Of a stretch of 64,000 nt of DNA, positions 56,801 to 64,000 are shown one piece after another; position 1 is the stretch's first letter, and every line of letters begins with the position of its first letter. The stretch comes from Auanema rhodensis. Lineage: Eukaryota; Animalia; Nematoda. The notes under the pieces were generated by a model. That model was not told the DNA's origin, ran no database searches, and saw only the letters and a program-made list of their open reading frames with translations. The DNA lies in NCBI GenBank assembly GCA_964057225.1, contig OZ059900.1, positions 1,612,001-1,676,000 of the forward strand, in the 5' to 3' direction. A program made the translations under genes and the position numbers.

Positions 56801-59800
56801 TATTCATTTTGATCAAAAAAGGTCGAAAATAGAAAGAATTTTTGAAATTTCCGAGTTTTGAGTCTAATTTGGCTAAATCGCTCATATATATGATCAAAAG
56901 CATAGTTTTACTGTCTATGATAACAAAAGTCTTCAAATATACACTAATAATGATTAAATCACAGATTTTCAGTCAAATAGCATTACTACACTAAGTATGG
57001 TCGTTTTTATGCCTTTAACACCATATACTCACCGATTTTTGGTACAAAATCTGTAATACTTGTAAATTTTGATCATATTTGTTAAGATTCGAGAATCAAA
57101 CACATAATACACGAAATAAGTCTATTTTTACAAGTTTGCACTGATATTTATTCATTTTGATCAAAAAAGGTCGAAAATAGAAAAAATTTTTGAAATTTCC
57201 GAGTTTTGAGTCCAATTTGGCTAAATCGCTCATATATATGATCAAAAGCATAGTTTTACTGTCTATGATAACAAAAGTCTTCAAATATACACTAATAATG
57301 ATCAAATCACTGAATTTCACTCAAATAGCATTACTACACTAAGTATGGTCGTTTTTATGCCTTTAACACCATATACTCACCGATTTTTGGTACAAAATCT
57401 GTGATACTCGTAAATTTTGATCATATTCGTTAAGATTTGAGAATCAAACATACAATACACAAAATCAGTCTATTTTTATGAGCTTGCACTGATATATATT
57501 CATTTTGATCAAAAAAGGTCGAAAATAGAATGAATTTTTGAAATTTCCGAGTTTTGAGTCTAATTTGGCAAAATCGCTCATATATATGATCAAAAGCATA
57601 GTTTTACTGTCTATGATAACAAAAGTCTTCAAATATACACTAATAATGATTAAATCACTGATTTTCAGTCAAATAGCATTACTACACTAAGTATGGTCGT
57701 TTTTATGCCTTTAACACCATATACTCACCGATTTTTGGTACAAAATCTGTAATACTTGTAAATTTTGATCATATTTGTTAAGATTCGAGAATCAAACACA
57801 TAATACACAAAATAAGTCTATTTTTACAAGTTTGCACTGATATTTATTCATTTTGATCAAAAAAGGTCGAAAATAGAAAAAATTTTTGAAATTTCCGAGT
57901 TTTGAGTCCAATTTGGCTAAATCGCTCATATATAAGATCAAAAGCATAGTTTTATTGTCTATAACAACAAAAGTCATCAATTAAACGCTAGTGATATTTA
58001 AATACTGATTTTCGCTCAAGTAGCATTACTACACTAAGTATGGTCGTTTTCATGCCTTTAACACCATATACTCACCGATTTTTGGTACAAAATCTGTAAT
58101 ACTTGTAAATTTTGATCATATTCGTTAAGATTTGAGAATCGAACATACAATACACAAAATCAGTCTATTTTTATGAGCTTGCACTGATATATATTCATTT
58201 TGATCAAAAAAGGTCGAAAATAGAAAGAATTTTTGAAATTTCCGAGTTTTGAGTCTAATTTGGCTAAATCGCTCATATATATGATCAGAAGCATAGTTTT
58301 AATGTCTATGACAACAAAAATCATCAATTAAACGCTAGTGATGTTTAAATACTGATTTTCGCTCAAATAGCATTACTACACTAAGTATGGTCGTTTTTAT
58401 GCTTTTAACACCATATACTCACCGATTTTTGGTACAAAATCTGTAATACTCGTAAAATTTGATCATATTTGTTAAGATTTGAGAATCAAACACACAATAC
58501 ACAAAATCAGTCTATTTTTATGAGTTTACACTGATATATATTCATTTTCATCAAAAAAGGTCGAAAATAGAAAGAATTTTTGAATTTTCCGAGTTTTGAG
58601 TCGAATTGGGCTAAATCGCTCATATATATGATCAAAAGCATAGTTTTACTGTCTATGATAACAAAAGTCTTCAAATATACACTAATAATGATTAAATCAC
58701 TGAATTTCACTCAAATAGCATTACTACACTAAGTATGGTCGTTTTTATGCCTTTAACACCATATACTCACCGATTTTTGGTACAAAATCTGTAATACTTG
58801 TAAATTTTGATCATATTTGTTAAGATTTGAGAATCAAACACATAATACACAAAATAAGTCTATTTTTACAAGTTTGCACTGATATTTATTCATTTTGATC
58901 AAAAAAGGTCGAAAATAGAAAGAATTTTTGAAATTTCCGAGTTTTGAGTCCAATTTGGCTAAATCGCTCATATATATGATCAAAAGCATAGTTTTATTGT
59001 CTATAACAACAAAAGTCATCAATTAAACGCTAGTGATGTTTAAATACTGAATTTCGCTCAAATAGCATTACTACACTAAGTATGGTCGTTTTTATGCCTT
59101 TAACACCATATACTCACCGATTTTTGGTACAAAATCTGTAATACTCGTAAATTTTGATCATATTCGGTGAGATTCGAGAATCGAACACACAATACACGAA
59201 ATAAGTCTATTTTTACGAGTTTGCACTGATATTTATTCATTTTGATCAAAAAAGGTCGAAAATAGAAAGAATTTTTGAAATTTCCGAGTTTTGAGTCTAA
59301 TTTGGCTAAATCGCTCATATATATGATCAAAAGCATAGTTTTACTGTCTATGATAACAAAAATCTTCAAATATACACTAATAATGTGTAAATCACTGAAT
59401 TTCACTCAAATAGCTTTACTACACTAAGTATGGTCGTTTTTATGCCTTTAACACCATATACTCACCGATTTTTGGTACAAAATCTGTAATACTCGTAAAT
59501 TTTGATCATATTCGTTAAGATTCGAGAATCAAACACACAATACACGAAATAAGTTTATTTTGACGAGTTTGCACTGGTATTTATTCATTTTGATCAAAAA
59601 AGGTCGAAAATAGAAAGAATTTTTGAATTTTCCGAGTTTTGAGTCCAATTGGGCTAAATCGCTCATATATATGATCAAAAGCATAGTTTTACTGTCTATG
59701 ACAACAAACGTCTTCAAATATACACTAATAATGTGTAAATCACTGAATTTCACTCAAATAGCTTTACTACACTAAGTATGGTCGTTTTTATGCCTTTAAC

Positions 59801-60460
59801 ACCATATACTCACCGATTTTTGGTACAAAATCTGTAATACTCGTAAATTTCGATCATATTCGTTAAGATTCGAGAATCAAACACACAATACACGAAATAA
59901 GTTTATTTTTACGAATTTGCACTGATATTTATTCATTTTGATCAAAAAAGGTCGAAAATAGAAAGAATTTTTTAATTTTCCGAGTTTTGAGTCCAATTGG
60001 GCTAAATCGCTCATATATATGATCAAAAGCATAGTTTCACTGTCTATGATAACAAAAGTCTTCAAATATACACTAGTAATGATTAAATCACTGAATTTCA
60101 CTCAAATAGCATTACTACACTAAGTATGGTCGTTTTTATGCCTTTAACACCATATACTCACCGATTTTTGGTACAAAATCTGTAATACTTGTAAATTTTG
60201 ATCATATTTGTTAAGATTCGAGAATCAAACACATAATACACGAAATAAGTCTATTTTTACAAGTTTGCACTGATATTTATTCATTTTGATCAAAAAAAGG
60301 TCGAAAATAGAAAAATTTTTTGAAATTTCCGAGTTTTGAGTCCAATTTGGCTAAATCGCTCATATATATGATCAAAAGCATAGTTTTATTGTCTATGACA
60401 ACAAAAGTCATCAATTAAATGCTAGTGATGTTTAAATACTGATTTTCGCTCAAATAGCAT
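53857..60460. repeat. More divergent satellite sub-domain with dimer (695 bp) and 8-mer-offset (2780 bp) duplications
   Basis: ORF offsets: 54317 to 55012 (+695); 55012/55727/56054 to 57792/58507/58834 (+2780). Private variants: AAACACATAATAC, TAGAAAAAATTT, TATAAGATC, CTCAAGTAGC, GAGTCGAATTGG, ATGCTTTTAAC. Confidence 0.85.
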
Positions 60461-63140
60461 TACTACACTAAGTATGGTCGTTTTTATGCCTTTAACACCA
60501 TATACTCACCGATTTTTGGTACAAAATCTGTAATACTTGTGAATTTTGATCATATTCGTTAAGATTTGAGAATCGAACATACAATACACAAAATCAGTCT
60601 ATTTTTATGAGCTTGCACTGATATTTATTCATTTTGATCAAAAAAGGTCGAAAATAGAAAGAATTTTTGAAATTTCCGAGTTTTGAGTCTAATTTGGCTA
60701 AATCGCTCATATACATGATCAGAAGCATAGTTTTATTGTCTATGACAACAAAAGTCATCAATTAAACGCTAGTGATGTTTAAATACTGATTTTCGCTCAA
60801 ATAGCATTACTACACTAAGTATGGTCGTTTTTATGCCTTTAACACCATATACTCACCGATTTTTGGTACACAATCTGTAATACTCGTAAATTTTGATCAT
60901 ATTCGTTAAAATTTGAAAATCAAACACACAATAAACAAAATCAGTCTATTTTTATGAGCTTGCACTGATATTTATTCATTTTGATCAAAAAAGGTCGAAA
61001 ATAGAAAGAATTTTTGAAATTTCCGAGTTTTGAGTCTAATTTGGGTAAATCGCTCATATATATGATCAAAAGCATAGTTTTACTGTCTATGATAACAAAA
61101 GTCTTCAAATATACACTAATAATGTGTAAATCACTGAATTTCACTAAAATGCATTACTACACTAAGTATGGTCGTTTTTATGCCTTTAACACCATATACT
61201 CACCGATTTTTGGTACAAAATCTGTGATACTCGTAAATTTTGATCATATTCGGTGAGATTCGAGGATCGAACACACAATACACGAAATAAGTTTATTTTG
61301 ACGAGTTTGCACTGATATTTATTCATTTTGATCAAAAAAGGTCGAAAATAGAAAGAATTTTTGAAATTTCCGAGTTTTGAGTCTAATTTGGCTAAATCGC
61401 TCATATACATGATCAGAAGCATAGTTTTATTGTCTATGACAACAAAAGTCATCAATTAAACGCTAGTGATGTTTAAATACTGATTTTCGCTCAAATAGCA
61501 TTACTACACTAAGTATGGTCGTTTTTATGCCTTTAACACCATATACTCACCGATTTTTGGTACACAATCTGTAATACTCGTAAATTTTGATCATATTCGT
61601 TAAGATTTGAGAATCGAACATACAATACACAAAATCAGTCTATTTTTATGAGCTTGCACTGATATTTATTCATTTTGATCAAAAAAGGTCGAAAATAGAA
61701 AGAATTTTTGAAATTTCCGAGTTTTGAGTCTAATTTGGCTAAATCGCTCATATATATGATCAAAAGCATAGTTTTACTGTCTATGATAACAAAAGTCTTC
61801 AAATATACACTAATAATGTGTAAATCACTGAATTTCACTCAAATGCATTACTACACTAAGTATGGTCGTTTTTATGCCTTTAACACCATATACTCACCGA
61901 TTTTTGGTACAAAATCTGTAATACTTGTAAATTTTGATCATATTCGTTAAGATTCGAGAATCAAACACACAATACACGAAATAAGTTTATTTTTACGAGT
62001 TTGCACTGATATTTATTCATTTTGATCAAAAAAGGTCGAAAATAGAAAGAATTTTTGAAATTTCCGAGTTTTGAGTCTAATTTGGCTAAATCGCTCATAT
62101 ACATGATCAGAAGCATAGTTTTATTGTCTATGACAACAAAAGTCATCAATTAAACGCTAGTGATGTTTAAATACTGATTTTCGCTCAAATAGCATTACTA
62201 CACTAAGTATGGTCGTTTTTATGCCTTTAACACCATATACTCACCGATTTTTGGTACAAAATCTGTAATACTCGTAAATTTTGATCATATTCGGTGAGAT
62301 TCGAGAATCAGCCACACAATACACGAAATAAGTTTATTTTTACGAGTTTGCACTGATATTTATTCATTTTGATCAAAAAAGGTCGAAAATAGAAAGAATT
62401 TTTGAAATTTCCGAGTTTTGAGTCTAATTTGGCTAAATCGCTCATATATATGATCAAAAGCATAGTTTTATTGTCTATGACAACAAAAGTCATCAATTAA
62501 ACGCTAGTGATGTTTAAATACTGAATTTCGCTCAAATAGCATTACTACACTAAGTATGGTCGTTTTTATGCCTTTAACACCATATACTCACCGATTTTTG
62601 GTACAAAATCTGTAATACTCGTAAATTTTGATCATATTCGGTGAGATTCGAGAATCAAACACACAATACACGAAATAAGTTTATTTTTACGAGTTTGCAC
62701 TGATATTTATTCATTTTGATCAAAAAAGGTCGAAAATAGAAAGAATTTTTGAAATTTACGAGTTTTGAATCTAATTTGGCTAAATCGCTCATATATATGA
62801 TCAAAAGCATAGTTTTACTGTCTATGATAACAAAAGTCTTCAAATATACACTAATAATGATTAAATCACTGAATTTCACTCAAATAGCATTACTACACTA
62901 AGTATGGTCGTTTTTATGCCTTTAACACCATATACTCACCGATTTTTGGTACAAAATCTGTGATACTCGTAAATTTTGATCATATTCGGTGAGATTCGAG
63001 AATCAAACACACAATACACGAAATAAGTTTATTTTTACGAGTTTGCACTGATATTTATTCATTTTGATCAAAAAAGGTCGAAAATAGAAAGAATTTTTGA
63101 AATTTCCGAGTTTTGAGTCTAATTTGGCTAAATCGCTCAT
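60461..63140. repeat. Long-range copy of 38564-~41245 (offset 21897 bp, 63 monomers)
   Basis: ORFs 39044,39289,39738,40064,40411,40758 map to 60941,61186,61635,61961,62308,62655 (all +21897). Confidence 0.88.
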
Positions 63141-64000
63141 ATACATGATCAGAAGCATAGTTTTATTGTCTATGACAACAAAAGTCATCAATTAAACGCT
63201 AGTGATGTTTAAATACTGATTTTCGCTCAAATAGCATTACTACACTAAGTATGGTCGTTTTTATGCCTTTAACACCATATACTCACCGATTTTTGGTACA
63301 AAATCTGTAATACTCGTAAAATTTGATCATATTTGTTAAGATTTGAGAATCAAACACACAATACACAAAATCAGTCTATTTTTATGAGTTTACACTGATA
63401 TATATTCATTTTCATCAAAAAAGGTCGAAAATAGAAAGAATTTTTGAAATTTCCGAGTTTTGAGTCTAATTTGGCTAAATCGCTCATATATATGATCAGA
63501 AGCATAGTTTTAATGTCTATGACAACAAAAATCATCAATTAAACGCTAGTGATGTTTAAATACTGATTTTCGCTCAAATAGCATTACTACACTAAGTATG
63601 GTCGTTTTTATGCCTTTAACACCATATACTCACCGATTTTTGGTACAAAATCTGTGATACTCGTAAATTTTGATCATATTCGTTAAGATTTGAGAATCAA
63701 ACATACAATACACAAAATCAGTCTATTTTTATGAGCTTGCACTGATATATATTCATTTTGATCAAAAAAGGTCGAAAATAGAATGAATTTTTGAAATTTC
63801 CGAGTTTTGAGTCTAATTTGGCTAAATCGCTCATATATATGATCAAAAGCATAGTTTTACTGTCTATGATAACAAAAGTCTTCAAATATACACTAATAAT
63901 GATTAAATCACTGATTTTCAGTCAAATAGCATTACTACACTAAGTATGGTCGTTTTTATGCCTTTAACACCATATACTCACCGATTTTTGGTACAAAATC

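Larger units (their letters stand above)
1..64000. repeat. Tandem satellite DNA array, 347/348-bp AT-rich monomer, ~184 copies, head-to-tail, no interruptions
   Basis: TACTACACTAAGTATGGTCGTTTTTATGCCTTTAACACC recurs at 1, 348, 695, ... 63933. (63933-1)/184 = 347.46 bp. ORF-track hits of the same class recur at multiples of 347/348. The array runs off both window ends. Confidence 0.99.

Noticed and set aside
60288-60322. Unique A7 tract and altered A/T boundary in one monomer
   Set aside because: It is a single homopolymer-length change and cannot be distinguished from a sequencing or consensus error.
113-63191. About 170 short ORFs (61-101 aa) on both strands, resembling a tandem small-protein gene family
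   Set aside because: They are translations of the same satellite monomer. Many start at non-ATG codons, they overlap on opposite strands, and they appear or vanish with single SNPs or indels. They have no recognisable domain and an I/K/F/L composition typical of AT-rich non-coding DNA.
1-64000. CRISPR array or other repeat-spacer system (conserved blocks alternating with variable blocks)
   Set aside because: The variable segments are homologous allelic variants, not unique spacers. The period is 347 bp and there are no cas or other genes.
1-64000. Assignment to a named satellite or species, a CENP-B box, or telomeric motifs
   Set aside because: Only the size resembles known ~350-bp satellites, and I cannot confirm sequence identity without a search. 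I saw no canonical CENP-B box (TTCG....A..CGGG) or TTTAGGG/TTAGG arrays.

Overview
The whole 64 kb window is one uninterrupted, head-to-tail, single-orientation tandem satellite DNA array. The monomer is AT-rich (about 30% GC in monomer 1) and 347 or 348 bp long. Monomer starts (TACTACACTAAG) occur at 1, 348, 695 ... 63933, giving 184 complete monomers (mean 347.46 bp) plus a partial one. I see no genes, RNA genes, transposons, CRISPR spacers or inversions. All ORFs in the track are artefacts of the repeat, but they work as a barcode for monomer variants. Structure inside the monomer: (i) it appears to be an ancient dimer of ~170+177 bp halves; (ii) it has ~10-bp phased CpGs and A/T tracts and many dyad symmetries; (iii) much of the polymorphism is CpG/TpG/CpA; (iv) monomers are mosaics of two 5' and two 3' haplotype modules. 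Structure across the array: local higher-order repeats (2-, 3-, 5-, 6-, 7-, 8- and 11-mer periods) and long-range block duplications (7.6, 12.2, 17.7 and 21.9 kb offsets). This looks like eukaryotic centromeric, pericentromeric or subtelomeric satellite. I cannot identify the species or named family from the sequence.
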